A DNA stretch of 63,625 nucleotides, counting the filler, from Octopus bimaculoides (taxonomy: Eukaryota): NCBI RefSeq assembly GCF_001194135.2. It is 5 parts of 5 records of this genome, joined end to end, with 100 filler letters (N's around TTAATTAATTAA, not from the genome) between each part and the next. Parts side by side here need not be neighbours in the genome. Positions count along the whole stretch, not along the records: positions 10,645 to 34,392 come from NC_068981.1; 4 more parts are not named here. One strand, 5' to 3'. Positions 12,791-26,792 of the stretch are shown here, in pieces. Each line of letters begins with the position of its first letter. The first letter of the stretch is position 1. The translations under genes and the position numbers were made by a program. The notes under the pieces were generated by a model that ran no database searches, was not told the DNA's origin, and worked only from the letters and a program-made list of their open reading frames with translations.

Positions 12791-13260
12791 TTGCGGGGTG
12801 ATGCCTATAAACACTGCAGACGTTTTTCTCTTCATCTCTTTCAAATCTGACAATTTTTTGCTTGAAAGCCTTTTTACCTTGGGGGTGGGGACAAAAAAAT
12901 CTCGTTAGTCACGTTAATAGGTAAGATCGCATTAAAAGGAAGGTGGGTAATCGGGTCACGTCACTTTTAGTCTAGAACGTCCAGTAAAATTGTATTTTAC
13001 TCGCGTGAGCCTCTTCGTAAACTGTTTGAAGCAAGCCCACAGTTTCGGCCGTCGTTTTCTCCACCAGTTGGAAAAAAATCGACGAACAGGTGAAAAGCAC
13101 AGCAAAACAAAGACGAACCACGTGTCAGTATATCACAGTACAACACTGGTGCGTAGACCGATGCGTGAGGGTCGCATCAAGTGGCTTCTAGTGGCGGAAG
13201 CCTGAAGTACAACGGGCTTCTACCTCACAGAAAGTGTCCGGTTATTTTGGAGTTGATCCC

Positions 13261-13309
<49 letters not shown>

Positions 13310-13327
<18 letters not shown>

Positions 13328-13660
13328 ATATATGCATATATGCATACATATATGTTCATATCTCCATATACATATGTATATATATACATGCATATATGGG
13401 TACAGGATGTCAATAAAACGTGAACAAAAGGAAAAACGAGAACATAAAAAAAAACAAGGTAAACGAACTTTTTTCAAACAACGAAAGGAACAAAGAGAGA
13501 AACGAGTTAGGCAACACAAAGAACAATCCCTTTATCAGTTGTCCCCTGTTGTATCTACTCCGCGTTTCGAATGTTAGGACGTCTCTTTCTAATAGCCTTA
13601 AAAAGTTGTATATCATCAGGAGTAATTATATATACTCATACACTCCAAAGAGTCGAGTTC
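13310..13660 (-). repeat. PLE-like terminal repeat family with decayed hammerhead (related copies ~29920-30100 and ~30570-30780)
   Basis: Shared ..CATATATGGGTACAGGA..AAACGAAAACATAA..GAACTTT block. Minus strand has TACTC CTGATGA..GAAACGCG GAGTA at 13556-13624. Confidence 0.65.
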
Positions 13661-13770
13661 AAACGCTATTGATTTAATAAGTATATATTATATCAATATC
13701 GATCTCTTAAAATTTCTTCTTCACTAATATTTGATCTCTGCAATTTCTATACTAACGCAGAAGAAAATAG

Positions 13771-13804
<34 letters not shown>

Positions 13805-14088
13805 ATTATAGATTAGTATATGTCCTCGGGTTATACACTACATATCGTACATGCGATTCTTACAACCAAATATCACGATATTGATGTTTACATTTATGTT
13901 AGTCTTTCAAGAATGGCCCATTATGGATTATATATATCATTTAAGTTATGTTTAGTCGTTATAGACTATGCACAGAATTGTTCATGAGATCTGTGAAAAC
14001 ATATCAAATGGTGTACTAGAGCAACATAATGATTCATATTTGTTGAAGAATTGCTGCTACGATCTCTGTTGAAATATTTATTATTGAA

Positions 14089-14297
14089 GACGAGCTGGCA
14101 GAAACGTTAGCAAGTAGGGCGAAATGCTTAGCGGCATTCCTTTTGTCTTTACGCTCTGAAGTGAAATGCCACCAAGGTCGACTTTGCCTTTCATCGTTTC
14201 GAGGTCGATAAATTCAGTACCAGTTGCTTACTGGGATCGATCAGTTCAAATAGCCCCCTGCCCCAAAATTTCGGTCCTTGTGCTTAGATTAGAAACG
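14089..14297 (+). repeat. tRNA-derived SINE, family S1
   Basis: GAGCTGGCAGAAACGTTAGCA..GAAATGCTTAGCGG..GTCGACTTTGCCTTTCATC; seven further copies in the window. Confidence 0.8.
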
Positions 14298-14725
14298 AAT
14301 GTATATTGGTGACAGCCTTTTCATACAAACTAGTTGAGAATATATTTTTGGAGATATTTATATGTAAAACAATGATTTTCATATTATAATATGATTGAAA
14401 AACAATATGATTTTGATACTACTGCGACATTTGAAAAATGAGAAATTGTAGTTTCTAAATAAATCCAATCATGGCAACTAATAATCGATAAGATGATTCA
14501 AAGCAAAACATTGTGATGTATAAAGATTAGCTAAACCTGAGAGTGGAGTCACTTTTCACTCAACAGGATTGCTATGGAAGGACAAGTTGTTGCCCTGGAT
14601 ATTACACTCGAAAAGAGGATTGTGATAAATAGAAAGTTATGGACCTATGCAGGGCTATATTATCAAAAACGACTTAACGAAATTACTGGTTTACGTAAAC
14701 ATGCAAACAGTCTGATGTTCTTCGA

Positions 14726-14767
<42 letters not shown>

Positions 14768-14777
14768 NNNNNNNNNN

Positions 14778-14808
<31 letters not shown>

Positions 14809-17070
14809 GTGTGTGTATTTATGTATATATATTCAAATACGCGCAAGTATATACATATATGAAAATATATATGTATGCGTGTAATTCATTCGCATGGTGT
14901 CTGCATACGTGAATTAGACTGAATCAGACGTTTCAGATTATTCTTTTAATCTCAACATGTACCCCATACATATTTTGCTCCTGGTGAGGATATGACAATA
15001 AACCGAAACAATAGATTCAGCCATAGAGTTAATATTCAAATAAAAATATCTCAAATACATATTATAATAGATATTGCAAATTTCATTGCATAAAAGTGTC
15101 CTTATTTCAATAAGCAGGAACTTCATATGAAAAGGATTTTATACTTATATGTATGTATATATATATATATATATATATATACGTATATAAATATATACAT
15201 ATATATATATAAATGTATATNNNNNNNNNNNNNNNNNNNNNNNNNNNNNNNNNNNNNNNNNNNNNNNNNNNNNNNNNNNNNNNNNNNNNNNNNNNNNNNN
15301 NNNNNNNNNNNNNNNNNNNNNNNNNNNNNNNNNNNNNNNNNNNNNNNNNNNNNNNNNNNNNNNNNNNNNNNNNNNNNNNNNNNNNNNNNNNNNNNNNNNN
15401 NNNNNNNNNNNNNNNNNNNNNNNNNNNNNNNNNNNNNNNNNNNNNNNNNNNNNNNNNNNNNNNNNNNNNNNNNNNNNNNNNNNNNNNNNNNNNNNNNNNN
15501 NNNNNNNNNNNNNNNNNNNNNNNNNNNNNNNNNNNNNNNNNNNNNNNNNNNNNNNNNNNNNNNNNNNNNNNNNNNNNNNNNNNNNNNNNNNNNNNNNNNN
15601 NNNNNNNNNNNNNNNNNNNNNNNNNNNNNNNNNNNNNNNNNNNNNNNNNNNNNNNNNNNNNNNNNNNNNNNNNNNNNNNNNNNNNNNNNNNNNNNNNNNN
15701 NNNNNNNNNNNNNNNNNNNNNNNNNNNNNNNNNNNNNNNNNNNNNNNNNNNNNNNNNNNNNNNNNNNNNNNNNNNCCGAAACAATAGATTCAGCCATAGA
15801 GTTAATATTCAAATAAAAATATCTCAAATACATATTATAATAGATATTGCAAATTTCATTGCATAAAAGTGTCCTTATTTCAATAAGCAGGAACTTCATA
15901 TGAAAAGGATTTTATACTTATATGTATGTATATATATATATATATATATGCACACTGATACAAATGCTGATATTTTGTTTCTCACTTTGTGTTGTTTTGG
16001 GCTTTTCGCTTTCACTTTTATGTTAATCTAAAAGCGGTATGAGCGTAATGTGTTCACAATTTCATACAATTTAGATTTGAATGTACGAAATGACTGTATT
16101 GTGTTTATGTAAAAATGTTTTCTGAAACATGTGAATCGATAAATTGATTTAGAAATATAATTCTTCAAAAAATGAATGACTACCTAAGTCAGTGAAATAT
16201 ATCTTTGTAAGAAATAATGCAAACATTTTGTTAAAGAATGTAATTCAGAATTACCAAAATAATAGATCTATGGAATATAGTTTAATGTTAACTAACTTAA
16301 TTGTCCGTAGAAAATTTATGATTAAGTACTTCAGAATTAGAAAGCTAATGTGCGTGTTAGTGTGTTTGAGTGAAAGCGGCTTTATTTCTATGTTTTTCAG
16401 TAATAAGTAGTAAGACTAATACCAGTAATATTCTCAGCTGTGTGTATATGTGATGTATGGGAGTATATGTATATACGCATATATAGTTGTGCGTGCTGTG
16501 TTGCAGTGTGTATATATTTGCATGTGTGCAGATGGGCATACCGGTGTATATCTATCTATCTGTGCAGCTCTTTGCAGATGAATTTTTCCTTCCTAAGCAA
16601 GGTGATATGCATATGAGAACATACGTAACCCAGGCATGTATTTCTTATTTGTCTGTTTTTTTCCCCCTCCATTTGACGACCGATTTTGTTGTGTCCCCGT
16701 TGCTTTGTGGTTCGTGAAAAAGTCACTGATAGTATAAGTAGTAGACTTCCAAAGAATAAGTCCTGGGGTCGATTTGTTTGATTGAAGGTGGTGCCCCAGC
16801 ATAGTCGCAGTCAAATCACTGAAACAATAAAATAATAAAAGAATTTATATATATATANNNNNNNNNNNNNNNNNNNNNNNNNNNNNNNNNNNNNNNNNNN
16901 NNNNNNNNNNNNNNNNNNNNNNNNNNNNNNNNNNNNNNNNNNNNNNNNNNNNNNNNNNNNNNNNNNNNNNNNNNNNNNNNNNNNNNNNNNNNNNNNNNNN
17001 NNNNNNNNNNNNNNNNNNNNNNNNNNNNNNNNNNNNNNNNNNNNNNNNNNNNNNNNNNNNNNNNNNNNNN

Positions 17071-17131
<61 letters not shown>

Positions 17132-17519
17132 AAACTAAATAAAATATCCGATTTCTCCTATATTAAGACAGTTTACACATGAGCGAATCATAGTATATAA
17201 TTTGGAAATATATATTTTACCCGGTATTTATAAGAAAACTCATATACATGTAATCGCAACCTTGCAGTACCATCTTCATTTGCTGTCGTCTTCGGAATTT
17301 ACTACGCTACTGATAGTGAAATAGTGTCCGAACAGGTGATCTTGAAATAATATGTTCATGTAGTCAAATATCATGCGAAGTATGCCACTCAATTTTTGTC
17401 TTAATACATTCCAGAATGTGATTGCTTATTAGGAATATTTTTTTAATCTGTCTTCGCACTTACGTATGTGTGTTTATCTCTGTGTGTGTGTATGTGTGTG
17501 TTTCTCTGTTTCTGTATTT

Positions 17520-17960
17520 GCATAACTGAAGGCGTGGGTGTGTGATAAGAATCTTGTCGTTACCCAACTACATGATCCCTGCTCAGTCGTAGTCACTGTG
17601 TGCGTATCCTGTATAATAACTTCCGCTCGACTAAAGACTTGTGAGTAGATTTTGTTGATGGAATCTAAAAGAACCTCGTGTGTGGGTGTGTGTATGCGTG
17701 TGTGTGTGTGTGTATGTGTGTGTGTGTGTCTGTGTCTGTGCGTTTGCTAATGCGTGTCTGTGTGTCTGTGTCTGTACGTATGTGTGTGACTTGTGTCTGA
17801 GTTTGTACATTCCTCACCGCTTGACAATCGGTATTGGTGTGTGTTATCCCCGTAGCCTAGGTGTTCGGCAAAAGAGACGGATGTAATAAGCACTACGCTT
17901 ATAAAAAGATAATAGTAAGTCCTGGAGTCGATTTGTTCGATTCAAATCCGTCAATGCATT
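17520..17960 (+). repeat. tRNA-derived SINE, family S2 (degenerate, internal (TG)n)
   Basis: GGCGTGGGTGTGTGATAAGAA head ... GTTCGGCAAAAGAGAC..AAGTCCTGGAGTCGATTTG; homologous to 48915-49330. Confidence 0.7.
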
Positions 17961-18879
17961 CAAAGTACAAAAACAAATAAAGATGAAATATATGAAGCTT
18001 GTGGGAAAATACAATTACAACTACTCTCAGCATTGTGAACATTGTTCTTTATCTCAAATGTGGAGGTCACATCACAAGTGTACTTATGTCTCTCTATGGC
18101 AATTGAACTCAACCAGTTATGTGAAATTTACGAATCTCCCGAATCGTAGCAGCCCATGTTTTCTCGCTTTTTCGTTTAATATCATGTTGTTTTGTTTTTT
18201 TTCCTTTTTTCAAATATACATCTTTCATTACACTAGAGGATAATAAACAACACTTTTGAAAAATTATTCTTACTTCGTATAGTACAATTGTAAGTATGTA
18301 TTTCATCTCACAAATACAAGTAGATATAACTTTTACTCAAACCTCATATTTTGTATAAACATATATTGGTTCTCGCTTGACTAAGCACCGTTTTCTTTAA
18401 TTTATGAGAAAAGAAAAAAGTGATTTATAAGATTTATTGTTTCCGATGGGCATTAAATGAATCATCGTTGTCGCTTATTCCGAAATAGGCCCAGATCGAT
18501 TAGAATTACAACGAAACAGGTATTAACTGTATTATTTTTTGCTTGAGTGCAAGCTATGAATATGTCCTACGTTATTTAAAAGTATAGCAAAACGATATAT
18601 TGCTGTTATTTCTACCAGAGAGAGAAATTAAATAAGTAGAAGCCGAATTTCACGTATAATTACAGTAACTTCATTAGGCAGAGGAGAAATTTAGAAAATG
18701 TTAACATTTATCAGCGTTATTCTAATATAGTCTTGTTTGAGTTGCAATTACACCAGGTTTGTGATAAGCTACGGTCGAAATAATAGATTCCTATCCACTG
18801 GGTTTGGGCCAGGGAACATTTGGTACCGGGTAGTAACGAACGAATAAAACGTATGGTTTTCAGTAGCGTTATATATACA

Positions 18880-19726
18880 AGCGACAGACAAAAATTACAC
18901 GCACTCTTGTTTTATCAATATATTTAATGTAAAGCAGGGGATAAACAAGTATGTCATTTTCCTATATAGTCTCCTGCTTTTTCGATGAACGTGGTTCAGC
19001 GATCCCCCAGCTTGCGTATTTCCTCCAAGAAGAAGTTTTTCGGTTAGCTGTGCAACCATTTATGCACCACTTCCTTCATATCGTCATCCACAGGAAATCG
19101 ACGACCACGTAAACCATCATTGAGCGGTCTAACGATATGACAGCCAGAAGGGACGAAATCTGGGCTGTAGGCAGAGTGTTTCAGCACACCTCAAAATCCA
19201 ATTGCTTATTGGTCTCAACGGCCTGGGGAGCCGTGTATGGGCGTGCATTGCCATGCAACAACAAAAAGTTTCTTCGACCATAACCTTTGGCGTTTGGTGC
19301 AAATTGCTGGCTTCAGTTTGTTGGCCAGTCAAGCACTGTATCTTACACTGTTGATCGTACACCCCGCTAGAAAAATCGGGTCATTGCACTTCGTTCTTCT
19401 CTAGTGCACATTGCTTGTGGGGCGGTCATGCTTACACTGTAATGCCAGAAAGAAAAAAAAATAGCGAGATCAAGCTTAAACTTCGATCACGTGATCAAAA
19501 TATTAACAACTATCAGCGTATCAAATTTCATTAGACTTGTCATTTCGAATTACTAGGTTAAAACATAAAAAAATAGAAGTATATTGCAATTTCGCATATT
19601 AGTTCCTTTTTTATGCAATACTATAAGGACATTTTATTTTGAAGGAAAAAAAAGAATACGCAAAAGGCCGTGTGACAATAATAAAGACATTACGAAAGTG
19701 CGAATAACTTTTAACTTGCCCTCGTA
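18880..19726 (-). mobile_element. Internally deleted mariner (DD34D-type) transposon
   Basis: TIR-like TACGAGGGCAAGTTAAAAG ending in TA at 19725-19726. The transposase remnant YSPDFVPSGCH..GLRGRRF..KEVVHKWL is a YSPDL-motif region. Confidence 0.8.
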
Positions 19727-19744
19727 TATTGAATTGTAATAATA

Positions 19745-19940
19745 TTTTCTACTAGACACAAGCCCTGAAATTTGAAGGGAACCACCAGTCGATTACAACG
19801 ACCCCAATACTTAACTGGTACTTACTTCCTCTCCAAAACGATGGAAGGCAAAGTGGACATCAGTGTATTTTGAACGCATAACCTCAAGCATGAACGAAAT
19901 ACCGCTAAGCATTATGCCCTGCGTGCTTACGATTCTGCTA
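19745..19940 (-). repeat. SINE family S1
   Basis: Reverse complement of the S1 consensus (GAAATACCGCTAAGCAT; GGCAAAGTGGAC). Confidence 0.7.
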
Positions 19941-20679
19941 GCTCACTTTCTCCATATTAAAATGTAATAATATTTATAAGAAAGTGCATAATGGTGGTAG
20001 TTTATCCAAGACCGAGAACGACGATTCTCCAATTCCTTGCTGAACAAAGACTTATAATAATGACATGTACGTCGTATAACAGCTTCTAAGCGGGACAGTA
20101 ATAACCTGCAAGACTTTTCTCGATTTTCAAAAGGGACATTGATTTCCGTGCCTGCATTCCGAAAATGGTGCTTTGTATCTATGTTGGAAATTTTCTCCAT
20201 GCGTCCACAGACCACATAAACAATTCAAAAAGAAGAGAAGATTCATATGTGTGCGCATGCGCGTATTTGTGTATGACAGTGGGGAGACATGTGTATGGTT
20301 GGTGAACACTGCATTTAGATAACTATATTCATAAATATGTACATACATACATACGCATATATATATATATATATATATATANNNNNNNNNNNNNNNNNNN
20401 NNNNNNNNNNNNNNNNNNNNNNNNNNNNNNNNNNNNNNNNNNNNNNNNNNNNNNNNNNNNNNNNNNNNNNNNNNNNNNNNNNNNNNNNNNNNNNNNNNNN
20501 NNNNNNNNNNNNNNNNNNNNNNNNNNNNNNNNNNNNNNNNNNNNNNNNNNNNNNNNNNNNNNNNNNNNNNNNNNNNNNNNNNNNNNNNNNNNNNNNNNNN
20601 NNNNNNNNNNNNNNNNNNNNNNNNNNNNNNNNNNNNNNNNNNNNNNNNNNNNNNNNNNNNNNNNNNNNNNNNNNNNNNN

Positions 20680-20713
<34 letters not shown>

Positions 20714-22461
20714 CCCACAGGATATATATTCCTATGAATTTATTATCAGTTTCCACCTCTGATTATATACATCTCTAATTCTCTGTGTTATGACTGAGAT
20801 TTTCTCTTTCTTATCAACAGTTATGATTTTCTTCCTCTTAAGCCTGTTTTCGTTTCAGAAATTTGCTAAACATATTTCCAAATAGTAAAATATTTCCTAC
20901 ACTCCACTGGAATACTCAGTAAAACAGTTCTGAATATTCAGAATCTATAACTTTGTCGTTCTTTCTGCATTGGTATTAGAAATTTTCAAATAATTGAAAT
21001 ACGTAAGTAAATATAGAAGTACGTTATTGTGCTAATATAACATTTGCGGTTTGGTTACCAGTTATATAATGTATTATGTAATTTTATCTGCAAGTTGTTC
21101 TTCGACATACGTTTCTGCGTTTATTCCTCCAAAATATTACCTCATAAATTAAATCATTATATCTTCTTATATCTTCAATAGTATATATTATCCGCACATG
21201 TATGCGATGCACACACATTTACATACACACGCGAGTACACACACACGCGCGCGTGTGCGCGTGAATTTTTGCTAAGCTCATTAAATCCAAACCCCTCTCT
21301 ACTAGTATTTTCTTCACATCTTTTAACAATTATCATTCTCCCACTGAGCATAGTAAATATCCAATATCTCAAAATGATCGGATGTAACATCTGAATCATC
21401 CAGTTCCATAATCAAAAAGAAGGAATTTTTTCAACATTTGAACAGTTTCTATGACGATATTTAACATTCAATGGTTACTTGAAACATTGACCACCTAGAA
21501 GGAACAAGTTGGTGAAACTGCTGCGATGCCACATAAGACATGTTGGTCTCCATTATAGCAAACACCTCCCACGGATTTCTGCGACATTTCTTAATAAAGT
21601 TTATATTGTTGTCAATTCAGGTGAGATATTTGACGGTACGTAGAAGTGATAGGCATCATAGAAGAATATGTTGACATGCATCGTGCACGTAGGACGCATA
21701 GGCATAACATAATTTCTGCATCACTGTTTAAGTAGTTAAGCATGACATTCTCCAAGGTACTTCGATTGAGGGTTACGTTACTTGCAAATGTTGAGGAATA
21801 ACAATGTTTTGATATCTGCATATAATATTCGAATTATTTAGGGAACTTTAACGAGGGGTTTCAAACCCAGGATAGAGTAACCCTCTCCTTTCGCCGGATT
21901 GTCTTAATATACATATGCTTATAAATAGTCATAGAAACGTACACTCACGCACATATATGTATGTATATATATATATATAACTGTATGTTCATTTGTTCCC
22001 TTGTATGTGCATGCATGTGTGCGTGAATACATGTAACGTGAGTATGAACAATAATCATAGCTACGCTCTAATATGTACTGTTCGCTGTTGGAGAAATATT
22101 TGTTGTATATATTTACGACTTTTCTACACAGTAAATTACATGAAAGATCAGAGCAGCACTTCCTTGTGTGAAGACGTTCAAAATTCAATGAATATTATAA
22201 TTTATTTACAGGCCCTTAGTTTCTGATTTTAAATCCTGGTCAGGTCAAATTACTTTGCAACAATCCAACTTCATTTACATAAGGAATCTGTCAAGTAATG
22301 ACATAAAATATTCATGTATGCTTTCAAGATGTGAATGGAATATATTATAGAAGAAGAATAATAAGCTAAGAATTCAAGTATTTCGGGCTGAGGAATGTTT
22401 CACATGTTGTTATTCCGAACTTCGAGTCGAAGACAGCTCAAATACCATTGAGAAATCCTCA

Positions 22462-22605
22462 GCGTATCAAATTTCATTAGACTTGCCATTTCGAATTACT
22501 AGGTTAATTCATAAGAAAATGGAAGTATATTGCAATTTCGCATATTAGCTCCTTTTTTATGCAACACTTTAAGGCCATTTTATTTTGAAGGAAGAAAAGA
22601 ATACA
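22462..22605 (-). repeat. Second copy of the mariner 5' non-coding region
   Basis: TATCAAATTTCATTAGACTTG..GAATAC closely matches 19518-19660. Confidence 0.8.
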
Positions 22606-24941
22606 TACTTCTTCCTCACAATCTGCCCCTGCTTAACTATGTTATCTAGATGTGCAAAATTACTTATGTTTCCATGACGCATACTTTTGTCAATGAATAA
22701 GAATTTCACTTCAGATTCTCCGTCCTTCGGTAAATGCTGATGCTTATGTTACCTATCTTACTCACTGAACTACTTATTAGATTGCATACAAAAAAAGTGA
22801 ATGTGTGGAATTGTTAGAGCCTCACAAAATTACTTTGGACGGCATCTTCAAATTCTGACTCTTCAAATTTTAAGTTCAAATCCTTTGAAATTCCAAGTCG
22901 GAAAATAAATTCCAAGTCAAAAAATAAAGTACTGAGATTAATAGAATCGACAAACTTCAACCATTCGACACTGCTGTTTTAATCTGTCTTATTAGCTTGC
23001 ATACAGGATGATATATCAATAATTATACTTGCAACCATCAGAAACCGGAGAGTTCACCGAAGTTAATATTTCTTTTTTTGATTTGATGTAAAGTAGTGCC
23101 TCGAGAGAAATTTACAGGAACAGAATTCTAAAAAGACAGACAAACACTAGGTACGATGTACCTAGTGTTTAGTGGGCAGCTTAACTACTGCTAAAAATAT
23201 ACTGTTGTCCAATAAATGTGAGATGACGATGCTTGTAATATTCATTTCTATGTGTGATTCAATTAAAATTCAACGGGTAAAAGTCGCTTTATCAATGCTA
23301 AAAAAGCAAATGGAAAAAGAGGGTTGCGAAGACAAAGTAACTGAAAAAGAAAGAGACGAAACGCAAACAGCATAGATGAGTGTCGGCGGAGTTCGAGGTT
23401 GTTTTAATAACATAAGGGATGAATAGGCATGTGTGTTCTACGAGACAATATTGAAATGTGCCCACTAAAACAAAAACGCTATTCGAAGTCTGGATTCCTG
23501 CAATCTGCTGCTCTCGTTTGACGAAAGTTGCCTAGGTTACAGATAAATGAATCATTGGCGAGAAAATTTAGAATGGAATGAATGGCGGTGGAATCTACTT
23601 TAGTAATATCGTTATTACAAGTGACAAAGATGCCAATCTATGTTGCAGAATGTGATAGAGAAAATTCTCAAAATATATACTGCGAATCACAAGAGATGAT
23701 AGACTCCGGTTTAGAAGAAATCCCTCGGTAAGGATGGAATGCTCTTGCCTTTTGCGAGGCGATGCTGATGTGAAGTGCAAAACATATTTTCTGATTTCAT
23801 GAGCACCCTAGTGAATCACGGAGATGCGCGGTTCACTTACGATATGTGTTTGAAAAAGCGGTAGTTGTGGTAACTGCGCAGAAAATGTTTTAGACATTAG
23901 TTATTAATGCTTATCACCATAATTATTTTAGAATGTGGACGTCAGTGAAATACTTAGTAATAATATTTCGAGAACCATTGATGTTGCTATCAGTATCGGT
24001 GAAATATTCTGTATCTTTGCACGCTGAGATTCATTAAAGTATCAATTTATTAGATATTCCTAACATCAAAAGGATGTTTTTCATATCATAAAGGTATTCC
24101 TATATGCGAAAAACACCTTTTCTAGCTGCTCATATTTCAAACGTATGGCATTGAAAAACAGTATTTGGAACATTAGAATATTGCATAGCATTAGGCAACT
24201 GTTCCAGCATTGCCTTTCATTCTCCTGTCTTCGAAGAAGTCACGTAAAGATTTTGATATAATTGACTGTATTAAACACAACCCTTACCATGGTGAATGAC
24301 CACTGAATGCAAGGAATATGCATATATATTGAATCTATCCTTTCTTTATTACTGAGTAATAATATTCGCTTTCATTCCTTTTAATTTAATTATTTCATGT
24401 GACACGTATCCGTTTTTGTTATATCGCTTGATAATGATAAGAGGAAGAAACATGTGACTTCAAAATTCCAGGCTGTTATTTTGGCACGATTGCCAGAAAA
24501 CGTTACAAAGACTCATGCACAGATCCCGGGACAACATTTCTAATTGTACGCAACCAACTATTCGTCAAAGCACAAAGAAAATACAGGATCAGAGTAAAAG
24601 ATTCATAGATTTTTACTGGTTTTCTGTTTCAAATTATCCGAAGTATATCATCCATGATGTTATTACATTTTATAATCATAAAAATAGAATCAGTGTTGAC
24701 AAAGGCACAAAAATATGATGTACTTAAAAGCGTACCCACAATTTCTTATTATCTATATTTACATATACACACATACACAAACACACACAGAGTCCTACAG
24801 ACAAACCCTCACACACTTAATAACACACACATATGTAAACACACTCACACACACAAACATACACATACACACACGCGCACGCACCAAGGTCAGCGGCTAT
24901 CGAACGCCGACGAATGGAAATAACCCTGAAATCCGGATCCG

Positions 24942-25110
24942 TTCGTGCTGCAGATGTTGGTGAGAGGGATAACTTCCCTTGGCAAACAGGACACAGTCGT
25001 GTGTCGATAAGCCAGCTGGAGGAGATGTCCTCCTGGGGCTAAAAGCAACAGTAACATCCACCCCTAGGGGTCAGCCACACTTAAGTGGCAATATACTACA
25101 CTATATATAT
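24942..25110 (+). repeat. Young dispersed repeat ending in (AT)n; inverted copy at 63455-63625
   Basis: About 150 bp nearly identical to the reverse complement of the window end. Confidence 0.9.
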
Positions 25111-25970
25111 NNNNNNNNNNNNNNNNNNNNNNNNNNNNNNNNNNNNNNNNNNNNNNNNNNNNNNNNNNNNNNNNNNNNNNNNNNNNNNNNNNNNNNNNNN
25201 NNNNNNNNNNNNNNNNNNNNNNNNNNNNNNNNNNNNNNATATATATATATATAATTGAAGAATAAGATAAATTCTTTATAAGAATTTATCAAGTAGTTAG
25301 CTTGAGAAAACTTCATAAGAGAAAAATCTATCATTTTTCCCCTATAAATATATTTATTTATACAAGGGCATCTCTACACATAAGTGCCTCACGCTAAGAG
25401 AGACTCTAAAGACAAACAACCATAATAAACACATTCTTACCGAATGCAACTCACAAAGCCCCCCCCCCCTAAAAGCAGACTAAACAGTCAACCATGATTT
25501 CGTAATTTTTGAAGTATTATGCAAACTTTACTCATCAGTCTACGTATGGTCAAGACACATGAAAATAAACAAAAAAATCAACATACCAGACGTACACTCC
25601 ACGTATTCAGCATAGTACATAGAAAATTGTCTATATTCATATATCTATGTAAGAGGCGGACTTTTCGAATTGCATCTCGGTACATGTTTTGTCTTTCAGA
25701 ATAAAATTCAGCACCGAATACATTCTGGTCATATTTCTAATTCAAGAAATTTACCAAGTAGTTGGCGTGAAAAAACACCACATTAGGGAAAAATCCTGTA
25801 AATACGAAATCATGAGCTACAGTTTAGTCTGCTTTGAGGGGGCTAGTTTGAGACTTGCATTCCCTCGCGTTCGGTAAAAATATGTTTATTATGGTAGTTT
25901 GACTTTAGTGTCCCTCTTAGCGTGAGGCATTTATGTATAGTAATGCCCTTATATAAATATATACATATAT

Positions 25971-26021
<51 letters not shown>

Positions 26022-26099
26022 ACACAAACAGGGTGCAGTGAATAATATAGTCTAATTTACGCAAAAATGAAAACAACACTGACATCTCATTTTACCAAA

Positions 26100-26600
26100 A
26101 TTCCATACAATAATCCTGAAACACTAAAAATAAATTTATTTAATAAAATAACCATTAACTTCTACTACGGCCTCCAGACGACTTCGGAATTTTGTGCCAC
26201 TCTTCTGGACGGTTTCCTTGTTTAAGTTGGTGAAAGCTGCTATAATCCTTGCCTTCAGATTATTGATTTTACAAGGAATTTTGTTGGTCTCTCGCACAAT
26301 TGAACCCCACACATAATAATCAAGAGGGTTGTATTCTAGGGAGTTGGGTAGCCAAATGTTGAGGAGATAGGATCGCTGAAATTGCACACAGTCATGTCTG
26401 GCTTCTCTTATTCTTGTAGCATGGTGGTGAATCATGTTGCCAGACATAAAAATATCATCCAGCAGACACCCTCTTGACCGATGGCAGAACAACCTCTACC
26501 AGACACTTGATGTAGGCCTCCGTGTTGCCTGAGGATATGTGGGAAATTGAATTGAGGCAGAACTTCACCATCACTAGTCATCACCCCAGAAACGATGATG
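26100..26600 (-). mobile_element. Tc1/mariner superfamily (maT/DD37D-like) transposase 3' remnant
   Basis: WLPNSLEYNPLDYYVWG..LKARIIAAF..FRSRLEAVVEVNGYFIK resembles the WPPNSPDLNPLDY..RLEAVV C-terminus. Confidence 0.8.
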
Positions 26601-26792
26601 TTGACTAGTTGCTTGTTTTTTTTTTCTCACTCTCGGTACATGTTCGGGGGGCTCGGCAGGCAACAATTGTTCTGTGTGGTCAAGAAAATTAAACATATTT
26701 CATGAACAAGCGTCATATAAAACATACAAAAGCGTGAAAATTTACCCATCGCACACTATACATACATACACACACACACACANNNNNNNNNN

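Noticed and set aside
12800-13250. CpG-rich patch with small hairpins (GATGCG/CGCATC) as a possible ncRNA or first exon
   Set aside because: No recognisable RNA family, ORF or partner exon; too little evidence to call.
15005-15950. Apparent perfect direct repeat on both sides of the gap (15005-15220 vs 15777-15950)
   Set aside because: Identical sequence on both gap edges, running into an (AT)n tract, is most simply an unmerged contig overlap rather than a biological duplication.
22386-22425. CTGAGGA...ATTCCGAAC hammerhead-like string
   Set aside because: GAAA is incomplete and there is no stem III palindrome or family support in the window, so it may be chance.
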